From Tubiluchus corallicola (Eukaryota > Animalia > Priapulida): 64,000 nt of DNA. Both the position numbers and the translations under genes were made by a program. Where the stretch lies: positions 558,001 through 622,000 of the forward strand of contig JAQGDQ010002367.1 of assembly GCA_030141605.1 (NCBI GenBank), written 5' to 3'. The first letter of the stretch is position 1. Every line of letters starts with the position of its first letter. The notes below the pieces were generated by a model, which was not told the DNA's origin, did not search any database, and was given only the letters and a program-made list of their open reading frames with translations. Below, one piece after another: positions 13,201-26,714 of this stretch.

Positions 13201-16200
13201 ACATTGTTCATTGGTACGGGCATAGGAAGGTAGTCTTCTGGGCGTCTGACAGGTTCCGGGGGTCGTTCTCCTACCCTGTACGTCGGCGTTTGACCTTTTG
13301 CATACGCAGCCTAAAACACGATTAAATCACAGTACAAAATCATTTCAAAGCTTTTGTACGCTATGTTATTGATAGCGAAGTTCAAATAAGTATTCGACTT
13401 TAGTTATAATGCGTTTATTATGCGCAAAGCTCCATGGTCTATTTTTTCTCCCTCAACGAATATAAATTACTGCACGACATCAAAATATGGCACCTTATTT
13501 TTTGTAACTCAAAGCTTTGAACTTTTCTAAAACTTTTGAAAATCTTTAAAACTTTCACATTATTTATTTCTACTATTGCCAGTTTATCAATTCTAGCAAC
13601 ATAAAGTTGGGTGTTGTTCATAAACTGTCAGATAATAATTAACAATTTTGCGCAATTATAATGCTATACTGCTCACGATGTGCGTAAAATTTAAAGTTAA
13701 TTTATGCCTAAAGTTTCATTACACCATTCGTTAGTAAATTGATTTCCTGGTATATAACCGAAATAGGTCAACATTGAACGCCTACATGGCGCAAGACAAA
13801 ATTACAGTAATTGATATTCGTGTCATGATTCGAAAACAAAAATATAGCCACATAAAAATGTACAAGCCATAAAATTATTTACAGTTGACTATTATTGTAT
13901 ATTTTATTTTACAGACAGGTTTTATGTTAAAAACTGCTTTGTAACTTTTCTCTTTCTCTTTCTCTCCCTCTCGCTTCCTTCTCTTTTGCCCTCTCTTTGT
14001 CTCTTTCTCTTTCTCTGCCCAACTGTCTATCCATCTGTCTGTCTATCTGTATCACTCACTCTCTCTAAATATTTATTTTAAAACTTGCGCCACGTAGTTC
14101 TTGCAATAAGAACTAATTAAGGCTTTTCACTCAAGTAAGGTTTGTTGAACAGGCTTTGGATACAAACAATAATTCCACATCGCATTATCGAATTATTGCA
14201 CGTATTTTGAACGATTGTTCTGTGTCACATTTGTGATGTTTTTGAATTCATACTTGTACCGATAACCAATACAATTTTTGAAAATGAAGAACGGCAACGG
14301 CAACAACAATAACAGTAACACCAAACACTATTTGCATATTTAAGCCACTACCAACAACAACAACAGCAATAGTAAGAATGACTATTACAATAACGATAAT
14401 AACTATCCACAACACTTGCAACAACAACTTCAGTTGAAACAACAACAATTTGATATAGCGTAATGGAAATATTGGATTCTGTGTTGATTTTAAAGAAAGG
14501 TTACGCTTCTGTCGGGGATCTGATTTCAATCTCTTTAACTGTAAGTGTGGTACTGTCAAAAAATTATTACTGCTGACTATGACCTAAATCAGTAAAAAAT
14601 AAAAAATATCTGAAATGTCTATTAGCGCATAAAAGTGAGGAATATGTAATAGAAAAGCAATTGCAAAAATCGAGCCGTAAACAAAGTTACACATTCATAA
14701 TAAACTTTTTAAATTCTTTATAACAAGAGCAATATCTATATCAGTCTCATAAGCAACACACGATATGGTATTAATACATTTTATTACGTTTTTATTAAGA
14801 AAATCCAAAGTTTTTATTTGCACCTTAAAACTGCTAATATACAGTGAATCGCTGGATTTTTCTAATTAAAATGAATACACATTCATAAGTATAAAATTGT
14901 ATAATAAATGACAACTACAGTATGCAAATCGTTAAAAACAATAACTAGACTATTGTTATACATTGTAGCTTATATAGTAGAGTTAGAAGGCTGTTTACCA
15001 GTTGTCTGTGTATAACAATGCACACTTCCCTCCCGAAGAAGAGAAGAATTATTTGCATGCGAAATTCGTGACCGCATTTTTATTTAATTGTGGGTTGGCT
15101 ATAAACAGACGCCGCCTGCGCTTTATGTACAGCAACAAAGCTTTCTTGACGAACACGTTTTTTCAAACATGTTACTGTTGCAAAAATTAGTGAAAAGAAT
15201 TGTCTTGCTGTTTCATTTGCTGACCTTGTACTTTAACTGTTTTGAATGTTTAGAAGAGGTAAAGCTTTCAAATCCGCTAATTACAAACGACCAGATTTTG
15301 TACAAATCCTTAAACAAAAAAGAATGGTTTCTGCTGCTAAACCAAGTATGAGATGACGTCAATCTGCTTATCAAGCAACTAATTAAACACTTTTAACTTG
15401 TTAGTTTGGTAAAATTTACAACGGGGAATTATTGGCCCGAATCTGACTGACAACTATTAAAAAGATAAACAAGTTAAACAAGCGTACTATTAAGTAGAAC
15501 AGCAAGTATATAAGGCTTAATTACATTAACAACTACATTAGTATTTCTCTTATACGTTTCAGTAAAACCAAGCTTAGAAATCAGTTTCAATGTAGGTATG
15601 GCTAGGGCGTTTAATGAATTTTAAACTTATAATATTCTGCGTCTAAATAATAATACAATGGAAAAACAACGAATGTTTTATAATATATATGTAACTAATG
15701 CCTAACTGTAAATTTGTAGTACAAAATTATAGTACGAGTATTATTCCATTTTTTTCAATTTTAGTTAGAAACCCCAACTCAACGTTTTTGCTATGCATGT
15801 GAAGATTAGTTTCCTAACTCATTAGTCAGCCTAGGGGTACGGAATAAAAAATACTTAGATACGGCAAAAAACTTTCACTTAAACCACACTGGTGTAGTGG
15901 TGCGTGCTGTCGAGACAAATTATTATTGATGAACAGATAATTATTTCTTCTTGTTGGTAAGTGGGTCAAGTTTCTTATGTACTTGCCATTGAAACAGTGA
16001 GTAAGATGACGTTGGTCTATTAACATAATTATAGCCTCACGCATGGTATTACTAACTCCGCGCGCTGCATTTATTACAATAACATGAATTAATAAAATTT
16101 TGGTGTCATTATGCTGGCTGTTACACAAGGCAGTTTCGTTAATGTAAAACATTTTTTAATTGGGCAAATTATTTTTTCGTGCACAGCTTGAATAATTTTA

Positions 16201-19200
16201 CGTTTTAATAGTTTAAACAAGACACTAACGATGTCTGCTAGTATTACAAAAGTACGTAAATAGTTTTAACTGTAGGATACAAAAGTAGGATATAAAAAGT
16301 TTTAACGGATGTCAAAAACGATTGAAAAATCTATGTTTGAAGAGCAGCAAATACGTTCGAGTACTTTAAATTTCTAATAATATAGTGATAATCATTGTAA
16401 CTGTCATTACTAATGGCTCGAATCGTCTAACCTGTCAAACGCATGACTTATTTCTCGTCAATTTTGCGCAATATACACTTTTGTTACGCTTACATATGGC
16501 GTTTGTATGTAAGCCATGACTCCCCCATGAACAGTATCGTTCACATGCTGACACTGTTTTTATCACATTCGTTATTTTGTCTTATAACTATTTTGTTTGT
16601 ACAATTATGATTGTAAATTTTTTCTTTTTTTCGAAACATGACGGTCAATCACGTTGTTTGCTGAGTGCAGACAATGGTTTCGGGAGAAAATGTCATTATC
16701 AAAGCTAGAAATTAATCTAAAAAATAATCAATACATTTATGTCGCTGCAACTACAAAGGCCCAAAAACCATTATAAAAAAATCAAAAGAGTGAAATTTAA
16801 ATATGCTTGGGTAGTTGCAGTGTCATAAATTTACTGGCTACTTCTTACGGCTTAATTTTTAGCATTTACAACGGTATTTTTTGCTGAAGCGATGGTTTGC
16901 ACTGAAAAAACAGTATGATTCCCAGATTCATAGAAACTGGTTCTCTCATGTATCGCCTGCCACAATTTTGGCAATGATTCTTTTTTTGCCACAAGCACTA
17001 GTAATTATACCAATGTTTGCATTCATTTCTTGTTGCAGTAAGGTCTCTAAACTTCACAATGGCAACTCAATAACAAAACACTAAAACTGAAGAAATGCTC
17101 AGACCTGTAACTGTAAATGAGAATGGGAGCTTGCAGTTCATCTGAGCAATACAACATGACTGAACTATATACAGTTTATAATGACAATGGTCTAATAACT
17201 AGCGATATTCTATACTTTAGTGCTTCACTGTTGTGTGCGTTGGTCAAAATGTATGCCAAATATTTCGGACCGCATTCGGTGGAAAATAGGCCGTAATTAC
17301 GTTTTTAACTTCATAGACAATTGAATGGTAGGAAAGCATGGCATTACCTCAGACCGTTAAACTCACAACCTGTTATTTGTGTTGTGCCTATTGATACTTC
17401 GAGACAAAATACAAAATATCTGTCATTACTGACCTGCAGCTAATATAAGTTTTACACTATAGGACACTTATTTCACGCTTCTACGCTTGCGCGCATCACA
17501 TGACAGAGTCGGGAAACTATGTAATTCAGTTTCAATTACTTGATAGCAAACTAATTTCTGTATACAATATACAAAATGCTTGTAATTACTGACCTGCAGC
17601 TAATATAAGTTTTAAATGCACCTTGCACATTTAAAAGTAATCGGAAATGATTTTATTTGAATCTGTTGCAGGTTCGACTGATTATGTTCCAAAGCAGAAC
17701 AGGACGTTTCTTGCATTTTAAATAATTAGTTAGTTTATCAATTAAAAATTAAATTTTTTAAATTCCATTATTGCTCAACCACAAAATTTAGCAGGCAAGT
17801 AACACTTATATAACTGATGGAAAATTTTGTTTTAATTAAAGATGCACAAATTATTGCGTGCTGCACATAAAGAATTAGTGCCACCCCATGGCCTGCAGAC
17901 GTACAATATCACTATATTTCATTAAAGTCAGTTTTATTTCGTCAAAGATTTATTTGCTAGTAAAAATGTGCACTGCTATTTGTCACTTTCATCTCTTTTA
18001 ATAAATAAACACTAGAGTCTACAAAAACAGAATTATGTCTAAATAATTGATATTCTTGGAACGTAATGTCAGAGATTCTCAAAGTGTAAAGAATGCGAAA
18101 TTACAATATAATTTAGGTAGCAACAAAACTATTTTTGCTTTTAAGTAGGCTAGAGAAAATGTGCTTCTTTACCGACAGGCTTTAAAATGGTCCGGTCTAC
18201 ATTCCTGCTGGTAAACAATTAGCCTTAGGCGTATTATTTTCTCTCATTACTAGCAAAATGCGATGACCTGAAATTGGTCACTCTCGCTTAAAATTGTCCA
18301 AACTATACAAAATACTAAGATCGAAAGTGAAGAGACCGACGACGGCAGTTCATCAATTGTGGAAATGCCAACTTTTTACTCAGCCCATAGATCTTACAAC
18401 GTAGGTCCGCTTTTAGTAACTGCAATCTGGTGGATTTTTTTGTGAGCCCAATAATTCTTAGTAATTTTTTTAACCGTTGAAGCTGTCATTGTCGTCGTCA
18501 TTCTTAAACTAAATTTAGTTTTTTTAATTTATTAGCATTTATTAGTAAACTTTTTGGTGAGTTACTGAAAATTAACTTTTTTGCTCATCAAAACAGGAAT
18601 TTTTGTAAAAATTACTCAATAAATTCGTTTTTCAGACAGCCAATTTTATTAAGATAACAAACACGTAATGTGCAAAAATTACTCCTCTCCAATGAAAAGC
18701 AAATGGTTTTGCAGGCAAATCTCAGGAAGACAGGATGATTTTTCTTATGCTACCCCATTTCAAGTCCGACAAAAAGTATACATTTTAAAACAATTAACGC
18801 GTTTTAGATAATTAAATAATAGATTAAAATCTTAACTAACTATTGATGACATCGTAAACGAACATAATTTTCAATAGCAAAAATATTCCGCGAGCGTGAT
18901 GCACGTATTTGCAAAAGCGAAAATTGAAGTACAGTGTTACTGTAAGATATTCAGGGTTGTACTAAAACTAACCATGTTCTAGATAACTATTTTAAGACGA
19001 AAATTCAAATTTACCGCTGTACTCACGCATGAGCAGTCGAACGTGTGTAATTCGTCACAAACTAACACATCTGAATTGAGAGGTACAGCACCTGTTTTTG
19101 TGCAATGTGTTTCCGAAATGCAAGCGCTAGTGCCTGTCTAACTAGAGAATTGCGAAATGCATGTAACAGCGAAGAACTAGGGGCGCGAACGCGTAATTGT

Positions 19201-21468
19201 GTTTGTGTGATAATAATTCTTTCAAGTAAATCACTTTTGAAAAAATAGTTTGTTTCCTGTCAATATCTTAAAGATTAGGTTGTTTTGACCTACAGTCTAA
19301 GATTGGGTGCGGTTTTCCTTTAAATCGCAAAAGAAGCCTTTGTGTTCGTGCTCATGAGTGCTACAGTTTGAGGAGAAACATGCCAATTTCTTGCCAATTT
19401 ACCCAAGCTTATTAAAATCTAGGGTTGTTTCCATTAAAGATAAATTACCTACTTTCTTATGTCCCAGCAGGCTACCTTGACAAAATTTCTAGAAATTTTA
19501 AAATATGAAATTCCAGTTAAAGTTGACAATTAGAAAGTACCTTTTCAATCTCGCCCTACTTCCCATAGTATTACTGACTATTTTTCTGGTCAAATGTGTG
19601 CTCGAAGTTTAATTATTGTAGTCTACGCTAGAGATAACCATGATTTCTGTTATCAAAAAACTGACTATTATGTAACAGTTCCTTCTTAATGTGTAAAACA
19701 GTTATAGCGTTACTTTAACACAACTTCCTAACACGTTGTAGTTTTTTACTGATCGTTCTACATGTATGCTTACATAACATTTTATTGTTTACTGTATATT
19801 TCGGATGTCCACAATTATATCAACTTACCGTAAGTCTGTAAGCAGAAAGTCTGTGTAAATTTTAGGATTAAAAAACTCGTGTCTTTCTTATAAAGGCGCC
19901 AGTGGCTATTCGGGAGCTGACATACTTGAATTTTTATCTGTCAGTACTATTTTTGTTGTTTAAAAAAATTATCTTTTCATAACTTAACCAAAATAGCAAA
20001 TTTTGCTTTAACATTCGATGACTAAAATATCGCCATTTGGCACAGATAACTCCGTAAGGTATATAAGCTTTTCTGCCATAGAAAGTTTTATGCTAAAGGT
20101 TCAAACACTTTATTGTTATATAACTAAAATTCATAGTCACTGGAAAAGTTCGACGCCGTAAAGTCGTTAACAGTTTTAACAAATCTTCAAAATACTTTGC
20201 GAATGAAAAGAAACTTGGTCTGTTGCGAAACTCGGTTCATACCTTTTGTAACACTTCATAAAGAATTTAACTAGCAACGTTATGCTCTGACCACTATGTC
20301 AGTAAGGTCAGCAGTAGTAAAATCAGTATGTTATACTGATCGGGGGGGGGGGGGTTTAGAAAAGCCGTTTTCATTATCGGTGTTGCAATAATAATGGTAA
20401 CCAATAATGGTTGCTTGCAGATAATTAAAAACTCTACTGTTGCAAAGTCATTAAATTTTTATTATCACCATTGCTTCGAGTTGAAACTGTATTGAGGTCA
20501 CGATCACACCATAGGAGAGCTGCAGTGCAAAAGCATATCAGAATTGACATTTACGTCACCTCGCTAAGGTATATACTGTAGTTTTAAAAGCTTTGTGGTA
20601 GTTTTATCAATTTACATTAGCTCTATTTCCGACGTGATTACGCAACAAGGAAGAAGCTACACCCGATCTAGAAAATGCAGCATGTTGCGACTATTTCTGG
20701 AAACATGTTGGAAATAATGGTAATAATTCTATGCCTTTGAATGTACGTCTTCCAACTAATAATAGAAAAATAGTGGCTTATACTATGCAAGAGCAGTAAC
20801 ATTTCCTTATTTTCAGCTACGTAACTAGAAGAAAATAGCATCGTAACCCTTGTGTAGGACTGGCTTTTGATTAGAACTCACAGATGGTGTGCGGCAAGGA
20901 TCGTCGATTGAACCCACGTTATTTCAAGTTTATATAAAATGCTTATAAGCAAACGAAACCTAACTAATTAAGTAGATGAAAAACTCATGGCAGGCCTAGA
21001 AACGAAACCGAGTTTTAAAGCTGTCTTATAACTCAGAAGTCAATTAACGCCATTAACTGCTTTAAAAAATCTTAAAAAGATGAGTTCATGAAGACAGGTA
21101 TGACGATATAATGCTGATAATTTCAGTCGATGTTAATAAACAGCCTTAACAAGATATGTAAAATCTAATATTTAATATTTACGATTGTCAGTAGTACAGT
21201 CCAAACTTTTGCAATACAAATTGCTTTTCGCCACACAAACAGTCAAACAAATAGTACCCTGTATACCTAAAGCATTCAAAATATCTAACAGGGTTGAAAA
21301 AACAATATGTTAAGTCAGCATTCAGGTACGTCACTAGTTCACCCACGTATTGTATTACATGATACCAATTTTAACTGTAGTCCTCTTCACAATCTTTACA
21401 TTAAATTACAAGTATAAAAATCTGACACTCACCAAACACAGCAACCACAATGCCGTTATCCTGTTCAT
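7268..21468 (-). CDS. Cuticlin-like zona pellucida (ZP) domain type I membrane protein, ~428 aa; exons 21433-21468, 13196-13310, 12509-12702, 11357-11514, 11041-11192, 10536-10620, 10155-10317, 9045-9219, 7268-7476
   Basis: All introns are GT-AG with compatible phases. Signal peptide MNRITALWLLCLAAYAKG; ZP-N (C..MTVDITF..F.GAVYAKG..C..LPLDGCGT..FNNTIIV..DRAYEVSC); ZP-C (DCYAHDG..LIDEDGCP..FKAFKFPD..VYFSCQCRVC..C); furin site RRRKR; TM helix FIAGISGIVALLFLTIIVAGVI; short tail ending NFSFRGN*. Confidence 0.9.
8163..8760 (-). mobile_element. Decayed RTE-type LINE 3' end in a ZP gene intron
   Basis: Minus-strand translation INAFQ..RKMLSIK..RLWWIGHVIRLP.DSP with stops, followed by a (GAT)n tail; same family as 60975-61388. 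Confidence 0.7.
9610..10090 (+). mobile_element. CR1/L2-like LINE 3' remnant
   Basis: Translation ..FLFNNAAPVWNSL..A.N.NLFKR.L resembles a CR1/L2 ORF2 end, followed by a T-rich 3'UTR and AATAAA. Confidence 0.5.
11665..11826 (+). repeat. Compound pentanucleotide microsatellite (TCTTA > TCTTG > TCTCG > GTCGT > GCCGT)
   Basis: Directly visible; accounts for the spurious ORFs 11680-11892 and 11685-12107. Confidence 0.95.
12752..12920. repeat. Imperfect fold-back containing tRNA-derived (SINE-head-like) sequence
   Basis: Inverted arms aattttagtacaaaactttgaaag..ttgg and ccaac..ctttcaagtttgatattaaaatt; A-box-like tagtgatctaagg and B-box-like GGTTCAAATC (minus strand). Confidence 0.5.
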
Positions 21469-23159
21469 TCTGGAAACAAAGTTCTGTATAATTATTATTA
21501 GTTTTACGTGTTATTAAGCAGTATTATTGCCTATGTCCAAATCAATGCAAAAATCAATGTTCGCTGATAATAATTAGTGGGCAGTCTGTAAAAAGTTGTA
21601 AAGTTTGTTAGAATGACGTATTGTTCGTGTGGAAAGCAATGCGGTGCGGTAAAATTTATTCCTGCGGTTCGGTTCTCACGTACAAGAGTAAAACAATTGG
21701 TTTCATTTGTATTCAACAAAAATAATAATATACTGGAGATATTTTCGATCTTAGGCAATATTCTTGTGCCAACAAACGCTTCTCTGAAGGAGATAGCAGA
21801 AAATGGGGATATTTCCGATATTTCCCTTGTTGCAATTTCACTCGTTTTCATTTCTGACTGTTGCAAATGATGGACTATTGACAGTTATGTCAATCTTTCA
21901 TTATAGTAATTAAGTATTATTTATTTAACAGTATGGGTTAAATAATCTCGGAATTCAAATTTCGTACTCGAGATTTTCCATTGAACAGCTTCAGTTCACA
22001 AGATGTATAGTCAGGAATTCTCCATGCATTGAATAACTTCCTAGCAGTCTCTACTCTTTGAAAGTAGTTTATTTGTGAACGTCTGGGTATTGTAGTTCAT
22101 CTTAAGTCTCAATACTGAAAGACTGGCTCATGTTTGGTTCGTTCTTTTGAAAGTGTCTGGTCCTTTCCATTGTGGTGCCAGCCATGCAGTCATCTGTTTT
22201 TAGGATTGAGAGTTTTTTTACAATGGTTGTTTTGCGCAGTTAGGCACTTGAGTTTGGTGTGTGTACTCAACAGCTAAAGGATTTAGCGTGCAGTAACTTA
22301 GAGTAGGGAGGCATAAAAGCTCGATAGATGAAGTGATTAGAGTATTTTGACAGAGTAGACTTAAGTGTTCAGGGTACTGACTAATTTAAATATCCAACAC
22401 ACGGAATAGTTTTGGTTCTTAAACTGAGTAACATGATGCTCGTATAAGAAGATTAAGTGCAGAAAGTGAAAGCATGTGTGCATATGAAAGTGAATGCATA
22501 TACAGATTAAGTAGCACTGATTCTTAGATAAGAAAATTTAGATACCCTTAGGAATTTACAGGTCTAACTGCATGTTTTGGACGAACAGTTTCACTGCTCA
22601 TGTGGGATTCCCACACTGAATAATTTAAACGCTAAAATCCAGCACTCGGGAGAGCTGCAGCTAGATTGTAATTATGTGTAGATTAATTGGCTTGAGTAGC
22701 AGAGTAATCAAAGCGTTTGGTCTGCTGAACATAGTGGAAATAGGCATAGTAGCTTTCTGATTCTTCTTAATAAACTCTTTTATTAAGCAGTCAGAAAGTG
22801 GATAAGACTTTGCAAGCTTGTCAGTTTAATTATGCAACAAGATAAACAGTTACAGAGGCCCAAATACCGGTTTGGAATAATTTGCTGTTTCAGTAGGCCT
22901 ACACCCACGAATATTGGGAACATAGCAAAAACATTAATTGTAATTATGTCCACAAAAGTAGTTCAAAACATAGTAACAATAGTAAAGTGTTAATAACATT
23001 TTTTCTTAATTACATTTAAACAGATAAAGCAAATTTTCAAATAAGTTTCAAATATTCTAGATTAAAAATACTTTTAAAATAAAGAACGATTTTTCTTTAA
23101 TTGTGCTTTATTAATTAACCTTTCAATCATCGCTTATATTAGTAAAATGGAATAATTAC

Positions 23160-23275
23160 CTTCAGATTTTAGTCCACCGTCATATAGCACAAAATCACAG
23201 AAAATTGACACCACGGTTGTCCGCGAAGTGTTTGCAATGTCATTCATTTTCTACCGACAGCTTGCTTTATATATA
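23160..23275 (-). promoter_or_regulatory. Putative TATA box (TATATAAA, 23266-23273) and non-coding first exon of the ZP gene (donor GAAG|gtaatt at 23160/23159)
   Basis: The ZP ATG exon is preceded by an acceptor (tttccag|AATG), so an upstream UTR exon is expected. A TATA motif and a donor lie here in the right orientation and spacing. Confidence 0.45.
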
Positions 23276-23789
23276 CCGTCCCACAACTTTCACTAACCCA
23301 ATTAGAGTGTTTAACCCAGATATCACTCGCTTCGCTTTTTGCTGTGCTTTGCCGTAACTCTGCAGTATTTTGACAAAAAAACTGGGAAAATTCAAGAGCT
23401 TCTAAAAAAATTTGAATGTTGATTTTAAGTAAAAGACAGTTTCCTGTGTAACGACTGAAAAAATATGAAAAATCTTTATTCTGCACATGACTTTAATGAG
23501 TCGTTTAATTAAAAACAGTTTAGTCAAACAATTAAGATTTACTGTACGGCTTTATTAATATAGAGCCACATGTTTTCGGCTCGTCATTTATATTTTTGGT
23601 AGATAATTTGTTTATTTCTTCGTCCCCCTTGTTTGATTTTTCTTTATTTGTTTGTTTGCATACTTGCTTGCTTTAGAGTATCAATTTGCTTGTTCGTATA
23701 CTTGTTTGTTTGCTTGCTTGCCTAAGTGCATACGCTTGCATGATTAAATTGTATGTGAGTATGTATGTATGTGTGATTGTTTGTTCGTC

Positions 23790-23835
23790 TGTTTGTCTGT
23801 GTCTCTATCTGTCTGTCTGCCTACCTGCCTGCCTG

Positions 23836-23892
<57 letters not shown>

Positions 23893-24062
23893 GTCTCTCC
23901 GTCTATCTGTCTGTCTGTCCGTCCGTCTGTCTGTCTGTGTGTCTCTCTCTGTGTCTGTCTGTCTGTCCGTCCGTCCGTCTGTCTATCTGTGTGTCTCTCT
24001 ATCTGTCTTTGTCTGTCTACCTGTCTGTCTGTCTGTGTGTCTGTCTATCTGTCTGTCTGTGT
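23790..24062 (+). repeat. Imperfect (TCTG)n microsatellite
   Basis: Directly visible; accounts for the three overlapping VCLS/SVCL ORFs. Confidence 0.95.
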
Positions 24063-25279
24063 TTGGTGGACCGATTTATTTATTTATTTATTGACTGCAC
24101 TAATTTAACACTATTCAGTTACCTTTTTTTCCAAAAAAACTCCACAAAAGTTTCGCAATGATAACTGCTTGTAGGGCGCTTATCCAGATCCCTAAAAATA
24201 AAGGAGACGGAACATTGATCCTTATCATATTTTACAATGCACTCTAGCAGTACGCTTTTACTGTGAAGTTATTCTTTATCATACATGAATATCAAATGAT
24301 TTGCACTCCTTCAAATGGTCAAATGGTTGGAAGTGTGACAAAATTTATGTTTTTTCTTTCTATCCATCTGGACGCCCTGCGTTTCTTGGGTATGTAACAA
24401 TTCGTTTAAATCTGTCACAATTAAACGCCTGCTCAGTCCTAATGAAGTAGATAAATCTTGCGTAAAATTGTTATTTTACCACATATTTTACCAATTTTAC
24501 CATAGCCAGTCAAGTTCAAGGGTGTCATGGTCATTGCCTTAGAATTTGAAACCCGTTCCAACTTCGACTCGAGGAACAGTTGCGGATGAACTATTAAGCT
24601 AACTAGGTTTCACCCTAGGAAGCTCGGAACGCAGATTGGTTGGAAAGAAGCAAAATTATTTAGTTTCGCCATAATTTTATACATTGAGCAGTTACTTCTC
24701 CTTTCAACAGTTGTTAATGAAAGTTATTAAGCTAAATATTAACTTAATCATCCGGCACTCATGCGTACTGAACTAGACTTCGTTCAGTTGATTTGAAATA
24801 CTTTATACATACTTGTTAATAAAAAAAATAACGAAAATTTCTCAAACTAGAAATTAGTTACTTCAGCTAAAATAACTCATTGTAGCCGCAACTGATTTTA
24901 TTATTATCAGTATTGTAAAGTCTGCCAATGCTTTCCCAGTCAACTCCTTAATATTATTCATCCACCATTTTATATTGAGGAACTGTTTTTCTCTGATTGT
25001 TTTCCCAACGACTTGTTGTTCTTGATGACGTGGCCATTACACTTAGCATTCATTTCTTGGTCACCCAAAAATGGTTGTGTTCGCCATCATCTTCTCCAAG
25101 ACAGTTATCTCTCATGTGTTTTTTTGACGCAGTACACATTGCTGCAGCAGGTCCTTTCGAAAACCATCAAATTTTCTCCTTTTCTCAAGTCCCATACCCC
25201 AAATTCACCCAGTCTCTCTGCACTGGGCAAAAATTTTACCTGACCTCAGCAGTCTGTTCACTGGTTCACGTCGGTGGTC

Positions 25280-25450
25280 CTAAATTTTTCCACCTTTGCT
25301 CGCACCTGTGGAGCGCAAAGTAGATTTGGCGACAAGTTAACAATCATTGTATTTTCTTGTAACATTCTTCCAATTGCGTACTGCATTGCAGAAACGGCTG
25401 TAAGTTTCGGTAGCTCTTTTAATAATGCACGACATGTAGCATTTCTTAGT
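25280..25450 (-). pseudogene. Decayed Myb/SANT-like (trihelix/MADF) fragment, possibly from a PIF/Harbinger element
   Basis: Minus-strand translation ECYKKIQ*LL..IYFALHRCEQRWKNL resembles the C..K/RWxNL helix; contains a stop and a frameshift. Confidence 0.35.
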
Positions 25451-26401
25451 TTTTAAAACTTTCTTGAATTTTAGCTTTTATATAACATTTTTGTGTTGAA
25501 ATAAACTTTAAATAAAAAAATAAACAAGCAGCATTTTAAGACCGCTTATTAGAATGTAAATAAAAGAAAATACTTTGACACGTCGCGTAATGATGACATA
25601 GAAATGCAATTTGAAACTTTGTGTAATCAGTTTTTAAAAAATTAAGAATTGTCAACTTTAACCCATTAGTGCAAAAGAACCTGATAAAAGATCTGTTTTG
25701 AGACTAAAAAGTTAAACTTTTTGTTTACCGAAAAAGAACTATATGTAGTCAGTAATGAGTTCTGAATGTAAACGTATTAGGCAGTACTCGAAGGCAGATC
25801 GAAATATTGAGATTCAACAAAAAAGTTGTGCGCTTCTCGACACGTTCCTATAGGATCATTCAAGGAGACACTAGATAAAATGCTTAGGGCATACAAGATC
25901 TTCACTGTTAGCCTGAACTTTACAGATTAACTTTGTGGAGGTTCATGGTGAAGCATGATTTTTTGCTTACATTAGTTGTTATGAAAAACGACATTTAATC
26001 GGACAAACTACATGTAATTTTACATCATGAGCACGAAAAAAGTCTCAAAAATACCTTCAATGAGAAAATTGGAAATGGAAGCAGATACTTTGTCTCAATG
26101 CCTCCTCAAGAGAAGCATATCGCAGGTAAATAGGATTTGTTTAAGTTTTTGATGTTTCCCTGAATTAATAGAAGAAACTTTCTGAATCCAACTCACTCCT
26201 TCCACAAAACAACGGATTTGTCAGATGAATTGCCGTTGTTGTCAAGTGTCAAATTTGCGTCACACTAAAATTGTATCTATAGAATTAATAATTGCCCATT
26301 TAACTATGAGTATGAAAACATGAACGTAAGTATATATATGGTTCTTACATGGGATAAGTGTACGTCAAAAAACATCTTGGATGTTGCAAGGCTGTGGTCA
26401 G

Positions 26402-26714
26402 CAGGGCCGGCCCACTGGGCAGTTGCCCGCGAGCCCCACGAGCACAGGGACCCCATGTTATTCTATGTATGTGCTTTTCAATGTTTATGTTATATTGTTA
26501 AAACGTTTGTGTTGATTAATGTCAAGTAATTTGCTGTACTGCACGTTACTTTCTGTTTTAACACTGATTTTGCTGGAAGTACCAATACAATAAATATACG
26601 TTTAATTTTATCGACCATTTGCATTTTTAGTCCTGTGACTTACTGTGTAGGTAGAGGGCCCAGTGTGTAGGTAGAGCTTTGCCCGGGGGCCTACAATGCT
26701 GTTAAGACGGTCTT
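26402..26714. mobile_element. hAT-type MITE
   Basis: Termini CAGGGCCG ... CGGTCTT(G) with 8-bp duplication gtggtcag at 26394-26401 and 26715-26722; GC-rich gggcc/ggccc subterminal motifs. Confidence 0.75.

Noticed and set aside
14248-14559. Hydrophobic ORF resembling a membrane protein (similar ones at 37569-37829 and 44813-45046)
   Set aside because: Degenerate AAC/ATC trinucleotide low-complexity DNA with no splice or homology support.
21870-22860. Possible retroelement remnant (WLAPQWKGP on the minus strand)
   Set aside because: A single weak motif among many stops; cannot be supported without a database search.
23686-24161. Three overlapping Cys/Leu/Ser/Val-rich ORFs
   Set aside because: Artefact of the (TCTG)n microsatellite.
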